Assembly (NCBI GenBank): GCA_963737065.1
Contig: CAVTRC010000002.1
Coordinates: forward strand, 192,001-256,000
Length of the DNA stretch: 64,000 nucleotides
Direction: 5' to 3'
From: Candidatus Eremiobacteria bacterium
GTDB taxonomy: Bacteria > Vulcanimicrobiota > Vulcanimicrobiia > Vulcanimicrobiales > Vulcanimicrobiaceae
Shown here: in pieces, positions 1-10,615 of the stretch
Layout: each line of letters starts with the position of its first letter
Numbering within the stretch: the first letter of the stretch is position 1
Notes under the pieces: model-generated
Database searches by the model: none
Told to the model about the DNA's origin: nothing
Seen by the model: only the letters and a program-made list of their open reading frames with translations
Translations under genes and position numbers: made by a program

Positions 1-676
1 GGCCGCGATGACTTTGCCGGCGCCGCCGATGCTGCAGTGACAATCGGGATCGCGGGCGCACTCTGTGCAGCTGTTTCGGGCGTAACCGACTGGCAGGATG
101 CGGATGCCCCAGCTCGCCGAATTGGGATGACGCACGGTATTTTGAACTTGAGCGCAACAGCGTTGTTCGGCGCTTCACTGATTTCACGCAAGCGCAAGTC
201 ACGGAGCATGACGCGGGTACTGCGTGCACTGGGCTATGGCTTCATAACTACCGCCGCGCATCTGGGCGGCGAGATGATCTACACGCACCGCGTGGGTGTT
301 GATCGTACCGCCGGCCAAGTGTTTCCGGAAGACTTTGTGTCCGTGTTGCCGCATCGGAACTGGCAGAATCACAGCCCAAGCGCGTCGAGCACGATGGTGT
401 TCCGATCCTTTTGGTACGGCGTGAAACGAAGATCTTTGCGCTGGCTGAAACTTGCTCGCATTTCAGCGGGCCTCTTTCGGAAGGCAAACTAGTGGGAGAC
501 AGCATTCAGTGCCCATGGCACCGATCGCGATTCGCACTGGACGACGGACGGGTGCTCGATGGGCCGGCGTGCACCGCCAACCGTGCCTTGAAACGCGCGT
601 ACGCAACGGGCAGATTGAAGTGCGCAAACCACTGAACAAGTCGGCTCCGCCGACACCGTCAGCTGTCGGCACATAA
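1..676 (+). pseudogene. DUF2231 membrane domain + Rieske [2Fe-2S] domain protein; 5' part outside window, two frameshifts
   Basis: Frame 1 gives GVTDW...HGILN...AHLGGEMIY (DUF2231-like). A shift near 351 leads to the Rieske ligands CSHFSGPL...CPWH. A shift near 569 leads to ...ETRVRNGQIEVR. May be sequencing errors rather than a true pseudogene. Confidence 0.75.
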
Positions 677-683
677 GTATGGC

Positions 684-1702
684 ATGAGAATTCTCACGGG
701 GGTAAAGCCCACGGGCAAGCCACACCTGGGAAACTATCTCGGTGCGATACGACCTGCGTTGGGTCTGGCGAAGAATGGGGCCATGCTCTTCATCGCAAAC
801 TATCATGCTTTGACTACGGTGACTGACGCAGCCCAATTACGTCGCCTTACCTACGATGTTGCTGCATCATGGCTCGCTGCGGGGCTGGATCCCGAACGCG
901 TGGTATTCTATCGCCAATCCGACGTGCGCGAAACGTTCGAGCTGTTCTGGCTGCTTTGCTGCACGACGCCGAAGGGAATGTTGAATCGTGCGCACGCCTA
1001 CAAAGCGATCGTCGATGAAAATTTGGCCCTCGGACGGGCTCCGGATGCCGCCGTTAACATGGGGATTTACAGCTACCCAGTCCTGATGGCGCAGACATGC
1101 TGCTCTTCGATGCGAACTTCGTTCCCGTAGGGGCGGACGAGAGACAACACGTCGAGATGGCGCGTGACGTCGCCGAACACTTCAACCGCTCGTTTGGCCC
1201 GGCCTTGACTATTCCCGAACTGCTCTTGAGCGGCGACGGCCAACCCTTACTCGGCACTGACGGTCGCAAGATGAGCAAGTCGTACGATAATGCAATCTCT
1301 CTATTTGCGTCGAGCGATGCGTTGCGAAAGTTGCTGCGTTCCTATAAGACCGACAGCACCGCTCCCCGTGCACCGAAGGATCCAGACGCGAATGGACTAT
1401 TTAGAATGTACGCCAGCTTTGTTGATGCTGATAAAGCAGCCGCCGTGCGCAAAGCGCTCCTATCAGGTGACATGATGTGGGACGAGCTGAAGGGCCTCAC
1501 GTTTGAGGCAGTCGATGGAGAGCTTTCTCCGTTGCGGCAGCGCTACGGCGAAATACGGAATGATGTGGCAGCACTGGAACGCATTCTTTCTCATGGGGGC
1601 GAAAAGGCGCGCGCAATTGCACGAAAAACCATGCAACGAGTGCGCGACGCGGTAGGCGTCGGTCACAGCCCCAGCATCGGCAAAGTCAAGGCCTTACACT
1701 GA
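684..1702 (+). pseudogene. trpS: tryptophanyl-tRNA synthetase with a 1-nt frameshift at ~1091
   Basis: ORF 684-1130 has TGVKPTGKPHLGNY (HIGH) and YPVLMA. ORF 1097-1702 continues (A)DMLLF..VPVGAD and KMSKS. Restoring one G in atggcg[g]cagac joins them. Confidence 0.85.
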
Positions 1703-1766
1703 AGCGCGCCTGCGCGGGATCACTCTCGTAGTGATCGTGGTCGGCTTTTCGTGCGCCAAGCACGCC

Positions 1767-2693
1767 TTACATTGATCGCCGCATTGTCGCGCGGAACATG
1801 TCTTTGTCGGCGATGGAATAGTAGAGGTAGATGGCATCGCGTTCCTCGAGCGAGGACGCTGCAAAAGCGATGTCAGTGTCGGTCGTGTTGCGCGGAGGAG
1901 GCGGCGTCATGAGCGGTTCTTCGCAACGCGCAACGATGCGGGTATAGGTTTCATCGAAAATGGCCCAGCCAATTCGCCATTTGGCTTCTCGCGTTGCGCC
2001 GTTATAGAACATGACGGGGCGTCGCGGATCCGTCGTAAGCACGGGTCCCGTGCTCAGGTGCCACGAATCCCAGCGTCCCGGCCGCGAATTGAAAAACGGG
2101 TGGAGGATCCGCCATGGACCATGAACGGCGGGGGCGGATGCGATTCCGATTTTCGATGCGCCGGCAGATGCGTACTCGAAAAAGAGTCGCCAGGTTCCAT
2201 CCGCCACTCGGACAATCGTTGCTTCTTTCGGATTTTCGCACTGTGGCCTCGAAGAAAGCGCGATTCCCCGCTTTTTCAGGTGTTCAACGTCGGGGCCGGC
2301 GGCGAGGAAAAGCTGCCCACGCTTGAATGTCTGGTTCCAGCCGGTGTAATAGACGTAGTATGTTCCGTCAACTATGGCGAGTGTCGGGTCTTCGCATCCG
2401 TCTTTGTCGTCGTCGCCGGGGCCCGGCGCAATCACCGGCTGGTCACCCATGAGGAAATGCAAACCATCGCGGGAGCGACCGTAGTAGATCCGAGCGACCT
2501 TCTCGGCTGCAATCGTGGAGCGATTGACGGCGCGCAGTAAGAGTCCATAATGCGGCTTTTGCTGCCACACGAACGGACTGAGGGCGTACATCTCGGCGAG
2601 CGGACTCTTCCGCTCCAGCTCTAGCGATGTGATTTCGGCGACCGCGAAACCAGGTGTCTTAGCCATTACCGATTCGTCCATTGCCGATCCCAC
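1767..2693 (-). CDS. GH130-like / five-bladed beta-propeller glycosidase or phosphorylase
   Basis: Motifs GCEDP, YYVYYTG, NPKEA, MFYNG, YLYYSIAD, typical of predicted GH43/GH130-type glycosidases. Confidence 0.7.
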   Translation of the reverse strand: MGSAMDESVMAKTPGFAVAEITSLELERKSPLAEMYALSPFVWQQKPHYGLLLRAVNRSTIAAEKVARIYYGRSRDGLHFLMGDQPVIAPGPGDDDKDGCEDPTLAIVDGTYYVYYTGWNQTFKRGQLFLAAGPDVEHLKKRGIALSSRPQCENPKEATIVRVADGTWRLFFEYASAGASKIGIASAPAVHGPWRILHPFFNSRPGRWDSWHLSTGPVLTTDPRRPVMFYNGATREAKWRIGWAIFDETYTRIVARCEEPLMTPPPPRNTTDTDIAFAASSLEERDAIYLYYSIADKDMFRATMRRSM

Positions 2694-2726
2694 ACGTTGC
2701 GCTCCTCTCGGACTGTGGCTCTCGTA

Positions 2727-3952
2727 TCACATCACGAATGTGCTGACGAGGAAGACTCCGGCAGCAATGCTTACGACAGCCGTCGTCGCCCAGCCCGCGG
2801 CTTTGAGCCATGGCGAAAAGGGCGTCCCCTGCATCACTTCTTTGTCGCCTGCTGCAAGTAGCATGAAGACGAGGGTGATCGGCGTGGCGATGCCGCCGGC
2901 GATTGAACTAATGAAGAGCAGCCGAATCGGCGATACGCCGGCGAAAGCCACGGCACAGCCGATCGCGGCGGCGAGCAACATCGTGGCATAAAATCCGCGC
3001 GCCTGAAAGAACTTCGCATCCAGTTGACCGACCCAGCGGAACATCTCGGCGACCACGTAGCCGGAGGTCGCGAGCAAGACCGGGAGGGCCAGGAGTGCCG
3101 AACCGAGCAGTCCGATCCCAAAGAACGCCGAAGCGAACCGGCCGGCGAAGGGGAAAAGCGCGGATGCGGCCTGCTGCGCCGTTTCGACCGTCCGGTGGTG
3201 GACGCCCAAGGTTGCACCCGTCGCGATGACGATGAACCAAAACGTAATTCCGGCCGCGATCGCTCCGAGGGTTGAATCGATCTGAACTAAACCCAGCCGA
3301 CGAGCGGAGGCCGTTCCTCGGCGATCTCGATCCCTTGCCAGACATAGGCATAGGCGGTCAACGTCGTGGCTAAGAGCGCGATACCGCCGGCCGTATACGC
3401 CGGGGACGGTTCGAAATGGGGAACGAGGGAATCGAGGAGTATGCGGTGCCAGTCCGGATGAGCGAAGAGCGCGGCTGCGATGTACGCAAGAAAGGCGAGC
3501 GGAATGTAGATGAGGATGGACTGGATGCGCGCATAATCCCGAGATGAGCAGTGCGACGCTGAACCGGCCAACGGCAGGATCCACCACTGGTAAGGAAGAT
3601 GCGTCAACAACTGGAGCGCCGCGCCGCCCCCTTCGAGATCGGCCGAAAATGTCAGAACGTTCACCACGAGCACTGCTAGGAGCACGACGGCGGCGCTTAC
3701 AGTTCCGTAACGCTCTCGCACGATATCCTCGAGGCCACTGCCTTTGGCAACCGTGCCGACCTGCGAACTGATGGCTTGGACGACGGCGAGCATGGGGATC
3801 ACGAGCACGACCAGCCAGCCCAGTCCGTAGACCGTCGTCGACCCGATAACGGCCAGCGTCGCGACGGTGGTTGGATCATTGTCGGACGCGGCCGAAATGA
3901 TCCCCGGAACCATCGAGCGGAAGAGGCCGAACTTGCCCGCCGCGGGAAGCAT
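2727..3952 (-). pseudogene. NRAMP-family divalent metal transporter, frameshifted
   Basis: PGIISAASDNDPTT motif in ORF 3287-3952. The C-terminal TM helices lie in ORF 2727-3587. At least two frame switches (about 3560 and 3300). Confidence 0.75.
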
Positions 3953-4130
3953 CAGACGCGCTTTCTTCTCACATACACCAGCTTCATCGTCGCAAAATTG
4001 CGCCAGGCACCGATCGGTGGCGGTGCTCGAAACGCCTGGCCGGTATGTTATCGAAATGCCGAAGGTCGTCCGTACCCGCGCAAAAGCGGCCTTTCAGCGC
4101 GCTGGCAGAACGCGAGGCGACCGATGGGTG

Positions 4131-4341
4131 TGGCGGGTGCATCATGGGAGAAGATCCCGGCAGCTCCGTGGTCAACAGCTATCTGCAGATGCGGGATTTC
4201 GAGAACGTCTTTGTCATTGGTGCGTCCGCCTTTCCGCAGAACGCCGGCTTCAATCCGACGTGCACCGTAGGCGCACTTTCGTACCGTGCAGCGGACGGCA
4301 TTATCAATCACTACATGAAGAAACCCGGGCCTCTGGTCTAA
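4131..4341 (+). pseudogene. C-terminal fragment of a GMC oxidoreductase (gluconate 2-dehydrogenase flavoprotein-like)
   Basis: GGCIMGEDP..SVVNSYLQ..ENVFVIGASAFPQNAGFNPT.TVGALSYRAAD is the GMC C-terminus. The N-terminal FAD domain is absent. Confidence 0.7.
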
Positions 4342-4379
4342 TGCATTACAATGTCTGGCCTCGCTCGGCTTTCGCGTAA

Positions 4380-5169
4380 GCCTGCGCACCACCATTACGC
4401 CCGTTGAGCCCTATCGCCTCGACTTGACGGCCCAGGGCGCTGCGCCGGGTAAGCAGCAACATCGTCGACGTCCTCGCGCGCAAAGGAACATACCTGCGTG
4501 GGTTGCGCGGCGAGCACTGCGTCAATATCATCGAAGTCCAACAGGAAGCGGACGGAAGTCTCGTGGTGCGGATTAGCGGGCGCGGCGCCGGCGTGCAGCT
4601 GGAAACTGTGAGAACGTTATTGGGGACGGGCGTGGACCTTCGTCGTTGGTACCGCCGGGTGGCGCGCTACCCGTGGCTCGCGCGCTCGCGCGGGATCTGC
4701 GCGGCGTGAAGCCGCCACGCTATCCCGACCTGTGGGAGGCGCTGTGCAACGGGATCGTGTTCCAGCAACTGAGCATTGCAGCGATCAAGATCTGTTGAGC
4801 CTAGGGCTGAGCCGTCAAAAGGTGACATACTTGAAAAATGCCGCTGCAGCGGTGAAGTCGGGTGCGATTACCATCTGCCCGCATTGCGCCGCTTCCGATG
4901 GCGGAGGCACTTATCGAATTGCAATCGGTCAATGGCATGGTCATTGGAGCGCCGCGAACATTCTCTTGCGGGGCTTCGGGCGTCTCGATGTTTTCCCGAT
5001 GGGCGACACAGGGGTCGCACAGAACATCAAACGTCTATCCGGCGATCCGCACGTCCGTCTGGACGATGTCTTTCTTGCACTTGGCGATATGCAAGGGATG
5101 CTCTATTTTCATCTCCTGCTCGGTAAATTGCGCAGTCGGCCGGCTTTCTCATCGGCGGCTTCGAATTGA
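4380..5169 (+). pseudogene. alkA: AlkA-type DNA-3-methyladenine glycosylase (HhH-GPD), fragmented
   Basis: Pieces in alternating frames: PYRLDLT, RGVKPPRYPDLWEALCNGIVFQQLS, LGLSRQK, GHWSA..LLRGFGRLDVFPMGD. Apparent internal deletion near 4780. Confidence 0.7.
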
Positions 5170-5274
5170 ATGAAATGGCGCGCGAGCGCTGCGCCGCTGG
5201 TGGTCTGTCGCGCTGCTTAGCGGGAGTGGGACATTTCACATGTTTACGATGATTCGCTGCCGTCGACAGCCACA

Positions 5275-5538
5275 TTGGAGAGAGTTTTGAAACTCGTAAC
5301 TGCAATAAATGCCCAAGACCTGGAGCATGCCACGCTGATTGCCGAATCGAACGAATTCGCGATCTATGACGTCGGCAATGACACCTACGCGCTCGTCCAT
5401 CGACATGCAGCCGTTGAATGGCAGGCGATCACGATCTCCGGCGACGGTCTCTTCCGGGTGCTCGAAATATTAGCGCAGGCTACCCGCACCTTGTACCGAG
5501 ACGTCGCATGCGATCTTTCAAGGCAGCGCCGTTCCTAG
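5275..5538 (+). CDS. hypothetical protein (87 aa)
   Basis: ORF with protein-like composition and no recognised motif. Confidence 0.5.
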   Translation: MERVLKLVTAINAQDLEHATLIAESNEFAIYDVGNDTYALVHRHAAVEWQAITISGDGLFRVLEILAQATRTLYRDVACDLSRQRRS

Positions 5539-5685
5539 GCGAAACTGCGCTAGACCGTAAGACGCTAACGGAAAGCGGCACCGGAGCCGACGTAACCGAC
5601 GGCTCGCACGCGGCGGGCATTGCACGGATATACGAAGCTGATACAATGCCGACATCGAGTCGATGAATGAAGGAAGCGCAGTACG

Positions 5686-5904
5686 GTGACGAACCGGCGA
5701 TTTCGCAAGGGCGATCACGTGAGTTGGAATTCGGAAGCCGGCCGCGTCTCCGGCAGGATCGTTAAAGTGATCACATCGGAAATCCAATTCAAAGGTTACA
5801 CGGTTCATGCGAGCGACGATGAACCGCAATACGAGATTAAAAGTGATGAGACCGATCACATTGCGATGCACAAAGGCTCGGCATTGACGAGACTCGCTGA
5901 CTGA
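5686..5904 (+). CDS. DUF2945 / HVA1-like Tudor-fold small protein
   Basis: FRKGDHVSWNSEAG...HASDDEPQYEIKSDETDHIAMHKGSAL; RBS aagga upstream. Confidence 0.8.
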   Translation: MTNRRFRKGDHVSWNSEAGRVSGRIVKVITSEIQFKGYTVHASDDEPQYEIKSDETDHIAMHKGSALTRLAD

Positions 5905-6105
5905 CGCCGGTACTCCAGCACGGCGCAGGCGCCGAAGTCTAGCGCGATCGACCTCGACGATCCCATTGCGCTTCGTAGAGCGCCACGGCCATGCACCGTT
6001 GATGCAACCTCGTCGACGGTGCGCCCCATGAAGCCGGAAAAACGATCTTGATTGCGGAGTGTGCGACCCAGCCGCAGCGCATCTGCATGATGATCGGCGT
6101 CGGCG

Positions 6106-6852
6106 CTAATTTTGGAGTTTGATGTTCGAGAAATCGATCTGGCGCACGAGCGTTTCGCCTTCATATCCGAGAACGCGTATTGGAAGATTGCTCGTCGTTG
6201 AAATATCGACAATTTCGCGCGTCAAAGCGGTGTCGCTGCCGGAGGAGTTCGGAATAAGCGTAACGGCGTCAGTCGCGACACCGTCGATTACGGGACCCGT
6301 ACCCGCGGAGATTGTCCCCGGTGTATCGTGTGCGTGAGCAAGAATGGCAGCAAAGCTTAATTCATCGATGGATGACCCGCGGATAGTCGTGACGGCCGGA
6401 TCATGTAGTGCGAAGGTTTTCTTAAATAGCGCCGTCAAGCCGGAACCGCGGTGCGCGACCACGGTGTTACCGCCGCTCCACACGGCCGTCACGCCCGAAT
6501 TTGGGCCTTTGTCGTAGTGTACCGTGGCATTCGCCGGCTTGTGAAACGTATACTCGAATACCGCATTCTGCACCGTTGTGCCCTTCCGCTCGAAAATGGT
6601 GACCGTCGCGCTGTAGCCCGTGATGTTCGTCCACGCGCGGTCGAATGCGGCCAATGCGGCTGGGATCGCCGAAGGCGACGGACGTACTGGCGCCACGGAC
6701 GGTGATGGGCTTCCCGTTATCTGCGTCTGCGCGGGCGCCGATGTGATCAGCGAAATGATCGTTGTGCAAGCGACGATAACTATGACGATCGTCATTCTTG
6801 TCAACGAACTGCCTTGCATCGAAGGTTCAGAAACCGCATGCTTACCTTTCAC
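6106..6852 (-). CDS. secreted protein, LolA/outer-membrane lipoprotein-sorting-like fold
   Basis: N-terminal hydrophobic signal, Pro/Ser linker, C-terminal ...ISTTSNLPIRV..YEGETLVRQIDFSNIKL pattern. Confidence 0.55.
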   Translation of the reverse strand: MKGKHAVSEPSMQGSSLTRMTIVIVIVACTTIISLITSAPAQTQITGSPSPSVAPVRPSPSAIPAALAAFDRAWTNITGYSATVTIFERKGTTVQNAVFEYTFHKPANATVHYDKGPNSGVTAVWSGGNTVVAHRGSGLTALFKKTFALHDPAVTTIRGSSIDELSFAAILAHAHDTPGTISAGTGPVIDGVATDAVTLIPNSSGSDTALTREIVDISTTSNLPIRVLGYEGETLVRQIDFSNIKLQN

Positions 6853-7085
6853 GACGTCTTTATTTACCAGGCTTTATAGCCTCCATTTTATAATTTCTGT
6901 CCAGTCAGATGAAAACATCGTCTCGATTAGGGACGATTAAGGAAACCACTTGGTGATCGGTTGCCGATTCGTGAAGCGAACTGACAAGGCGCACGCGCCG
7001 TATTCGTAAATAGCAAGCAGCGCGATAAGGAATGAACGCAGAGCGGTGAGCGGGAACACGCGCTCAGAGAAGTGCAACACTTGCC

Positions 7086-8207
7086 GTGATCGAACGACCA
7101 CTTCGTAGCCTTATTTTTGTTGGGTTGGCAATCGGCATCGCGGTGCTCGCGTGGATCGTTGGCGCGGTCATCGAACACGTGAAAAATCTTTTCACGACGA
7201 TTATCATCGCGATCCTGTTTGCATATGTGATCTACCCGGCGGTTCGCCGGCTTAGTACGCGGATGCCGCGGCCGCTTGCCGTCATCGTCGTTTACATTTT
7301 AGCCTTTGCAGCGATCGGCTTCACGGCCGCTTACTTGGCCCCGGCGATCGCAACCGAAGCGATCGAACTTGCGCGGGCGATGCCCGCTGCATTACGCAGC
7401 GTGGAAAGCCAGGTTGCGCATCCGGGAACGAGCCAGTTCTTGGCGCACTTCCCACTCGCAGTCCGCACATTTATCGTTCAGAACGCCGCTCGCTTTGAAG
7501 TAATTGCGACCACGTTTGCGGGAAACGTCGGCTTGCACGCCCTCGACGTTCTGCACGGGACGGCGACGCTCGTCGTCGACACTTTTGTGATGCTGGCGCT
7601 CGCATTTTTCTTCATCATCGAAGCGGACCAGATACGGGCGACTTTTCTCCGGCTAGTTTCGCGCGATGCCCGGCCGGCAGCAACGAGCTTCATTGACGAG
7701 GTAGATCGGGTGATCAGCGGATTCGTCAGGGGCCAGGTTCTTCTCGCAATCGTCATCGGAATCGTTGTAACGCTGGTCTTATTGATCACGGGAGTACGCT
7801 ACGCGACGTTGCTCGGTGTATTTGCCGGCTTCGCAAGCGTCGTTCCAATCGTCGGCGAATTCATCGGAGCTGTTCCTACGTTCCTTGTTGCGCTTTTTAC
7901 TGTCGGACCGATTAAAGCACTGATCGTTCTGGCGCTGTTCATCGTCGTGTTCGAGGTGCAGGGCCGTGTTCTAGCACCAATCATCGTCGGCAAGAGCGTT
8001 GGCGTGTCCCCGCTGGTCATTTTCGTTTCGATCCTCGTCGGTGCTGAGGCGTTCGGCGTTGTCGGAATGATCGTGGCAGTACCGGTTGCTGGAATAATTC
8101 GCGTGGCGCTCGACCGGCTAGCTCCCCCCGAAGCGAGCGCGGAAATCACATCGGTCGAACCACGTGACGTTGCTGTTCGCCACGATACGAGGTCAGATAA
8201 ACTTTAG
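7086..8207 (+). CDS. AI-2E family transporter
   Basis: Multi-TM protein with GFVRGQ, VVPIVG, LAPIIVGKSVGVSP, GVVGMIVAVP motifs. Confidence 0.9.
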   Translation: MIERPLRSLIFVGLAIGIAVLAWIVGAVIEHVKNLFTTIIIAILFAYVIYPAVRRLSTRMPRPLAVIVVYILAFAAIGFTAAYLAPAIATEAIELARAMPAALRSVESQVAHPGTSQFLAHFPLAVRTFIVQNAARFEVIATTFAGNVGLHALDVLHGTATLVVDTFVMLALAFFFIIEADQIRATFLRLVSRDARPAATSFIDEVDRVISGFVRGQVLLAIVIGIVVTLVLLITGVRYATLLGVFAGFASVVPIVGEFIGAVPTFLVALFTVGPIKALIVLALFIVVFEVQGRVLAPIIVGKSVGVSPLVIFVSILVGAEAFGVVGMIVAVPVAGIIRVALDRLAPPEASAEITSVEPRDVAVRHDTRSDKL

Positions 8208-8575
8208 CACTATACGGTTCCATCGCCATGGAACGCGAGCCACGGCGATTGCAACGGCGTAGTCGACCGCAGACGCGGGTTGCGTAAAACCGGATCTGCT
8301 TGCTCTTGTGACCTAGAGCGCGACCGGAATCTTCACCCCAGCCCGTCCGTGACTCTGTGCGTCGCTACGATTAACGTTGAACGGGGTGATAGCCCCGATT
8401 TTACGCGCGGCGCGCCTGTGGAGTTCAACAACACTATTCTGAGATCGTCGCGCGCAATAGCGACGCGCTAGCGCGACTCTCGGCCGCTGACGGACGGTCG
8501 GGTAAGGCCACCGAGAGTTCATCCGCGTCTCATCGCCGTTTGTTTGTGGCACTGTTCGTTGACGAAGGAACAGTA

Positions 8576-8941
8576 ATGGGACCGTTCAGCTTGATTAGCG
8601 GCGCACCGAAACACGTACCGCCTGAAATCCGTCGTATACGGCGCATTCGGTGCCTTGAAGCCTCGGGGCGGGCGTTTTTCAAAAGGCTGGTATGCCTGGC
8701 TCACAGCGTGGATCTAAAGCCACGTGAATTTGCGCTGTTGCTCGAACTGGCGAACAATGTCGGCATCGCGCTTTCACGCGAACGGTTGCTCGAACGCGTG
8801 TGGGGTTTTGATTTCGACGGCGACGAACGCACGGTGGACGTGCACGTTCGGCGACTGCGCGCGAAGATCGAAGAGGAAGCGAAGATTCCCGCGATGGTAC
8901 AAACGATCCACGGTTTCGGCTACAAGTTCGTGCGCGGGTGA
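8576..8941 (+). CDS. OmpR/PhoB-type winged-helix DNA-binding domain without receiver domain (probably truncated response regulator)
   Basis: [49 protein letters not shown]. The ~40 aa upstream of ~8700 do not resemble a receiver domain. Start uncertain. Confidence 0.7.
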   Translation: MGPFSLISGAPKHVPPEIRRIRRIRCLEASGRAFFKRLVCLAHSVDLKPREFALLLELANNVGIALSRERLLERVWGFDFDGDERTVDVHVRRLRAKIEEEAKIPAMVQTIHGFGYKFVRG

Positions 8942-8945
8942 ATGC

Positions 8946-10079
8946 TTGCAGCGGCGTGTTCTCCGCAGCGATGGGTTCGTGCATGGACTTACTGAAGCGC
9001 TCGAAGCGCGCCGTGCACCGATACCGGTGCTCGTGTTGCGCCTTCCCGAGTTTGCCGAACTCGCCTGGCAAGATGGCCGCCGCGCCGCGCAGCGGTTGGA
9101 ACGAACGACCGTGCGTGTCTTCGCCGCCGCCGCCGATCGCATCATGCGCGATGGTGACATCCTCGGTCATGATCGCGGGAGCGACTGGTTTGCCGTCGCA
9201 ATGCTTTCGCCGACGCGCGCTGGCGCCGCGTTCGGTGCAATCGATGCGCGAGCGGCGCTGGAACGGATATGCGCAACTGTCGCCGTTGAAACGGGACGCC
9301 GCGTGGAGTCCGGCTGGTGGCCGGTTGAGTCACCGGCCGAAATCGACGCATTCGATGCGACGCGCGCGGCGGCGCTCGAGCGCGGCGCGCGCGAACGCGA
9401 GCGCTACGAGTTCCTTGCGACCGTAGGCCACGAATTGCGTACGCCGCTGACATCGATACGCGGATACATCGAAACGCTCCTCGATGAAGACGTTGACGGC
9501 GATACGACGCGGCGATTCCTCGAAACCGCCCGGCGAGAGGCGCTGCGACTTGCGCGACTCGTCGACGGAATGCTGGATTTCTCTATGCTGCATCTCCACT
9601 TGCCGGCCGCGTGCGGCGTCACCGAAATCGGTGCGGCGATACGCGCGGCGCTCGACGCGCTCGAACCGATCGCACGCGAGAGCGGCGTGACCGTGCGGTT
9701 CTCGAGCACGCTGGATGCGCGCGTGCGCATTGACGCCGACTCGTGTATGCACGCGCTCCTCAACGTCATCGAAAACGCAATAAAGTATTCCGGCAGCGGC
9801 GGAGCCGTGGAACTGTCGGTTAGCCGCGCGGATCCTTTTGTTTGCGTGAACGTCGACGATAACGGTCTCGGCGTTCCACCGGAAGAACGCGAGCGTATCT
9901 TCGGTTACGGTGCGCGCGCGCGCGTTCACGAGGGCGTTCGCGGCAAGGGCGTCGGTCTGACAATCGTGCGCGCGATCGTCGAGCGCGCCGGCGGACGAAT
10001 TGAGGTGGCGGACTCGCATCTCGGCGGAGCGAAATTTATCGTCGCATTTCCGTTCGCGGATTTCCATCATCCGATCTGA
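8946..10079 (+). CDS. soluble sensor histidine kinase (HisKA/HATPase) with N-terminal degenerate GGDEF-like domain
   Basis: H-box GHELRTPLTSI, N-box NVIENAIKY, DNGLG, GVGL. No TM segment. Start uncertain (TTG 8946). Confidence 0.85.
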   Translation: MQRRVLRSDGFVHGLTEALEARRAPIPVLVLRLPEFAELAWQDGRRAAQRLERTTVRVFAAAADRIMRDGDILGHDRGSDWFAVAMLSPTRAGAAFGAIDARAALERICATVAVETGRRVESGWWPVESPAEIDAFDATRAAALERGARERERYEFLATVGHELRTPLTSIRGYIETLLDEDVDGDTTRRFLETARREALRLARLVDGMLDFSMLHLHLPAACGVTEIGAAIRAALDALEPIARESGVTVRFSSTLDARVRIDADSCMHALLNVIENAIKYSGSGGAVELSVSRADPFVCVNVDDNGLGVPPEERERIFGYGARARVHEGVRGKGVGLTIVRAIVERAGGRIEVADSHLGGAKFIVAFPFADFHHPI

Positions 10080-10165
10080 AGTATACCGGACGCGAACCGC
10101 GCGTGCGCACCGGCGCCGCCGGCGGAGCGATCGACGACTCGCTCAGCCGACTTCGTTATCACGCG

Positions 10166-10432
10166 TTACCTAGCAGATGCGCCTAATTCATCCGGCGGGA
10201 TCTCGATGTGCGCGACCGCGTCTATCGGATTCGCTTCCTGCTCAAGAGCGGCCTGAAGCGAACGCGCAACCTCAAAGTCTTTCTCGCGCCGGAGTACGCA
10301 GATAACGCCTGGGGCGCCGTGCGCGACTCCGATAACGTCCCATCCACGAGACGATAGCTCTGTAAGCTGCGCGGAGAGCTTTTCGTCGGGGTCGCCGGTT
10401 TGGATTCGGTATTCATGCGATACTCTAGCCAT
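10166..10432 (-). CDS. small hypothetical protein (DUF4177-like)
   Basis: HEYRI...LTELSSRGWDVIGV...VLRRE resembles the DUF4177 pattern; ATG at 10432. Confidence 0.55.
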   Translation of the reverse strand: MARVSHEYRIQTGDPDEKLSAQLTELSSRGWDVIGVAHGAPGVICVLRREKDFEVARSLQAALEQEANPIDAVAHIEIPPDELGASAR

Positions 10433-10615
10433 GATGCTTCGTTCGCGATGACCCGTGATAAGCACATTCCTCCCTATGTGAGCCGGGCTGTGCCTTTTTA
10501 CGGTTCCAGCATCGCATGCGTACTCCACCCGGAATCGCCGCCGGCGCGCATCGGAACGGAAGTCGCAGAACCAAGGCAAAGCAAGAATTATACGGCTTGC
10601 ACTGAAGCGGTCGTC

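Noticed and set aside
1080..1100. Programmed frameshift in trpS
   Set aside because: No slippery heptamer or stimulatory structure; neighbouring genes show the same kind of single-base loss.
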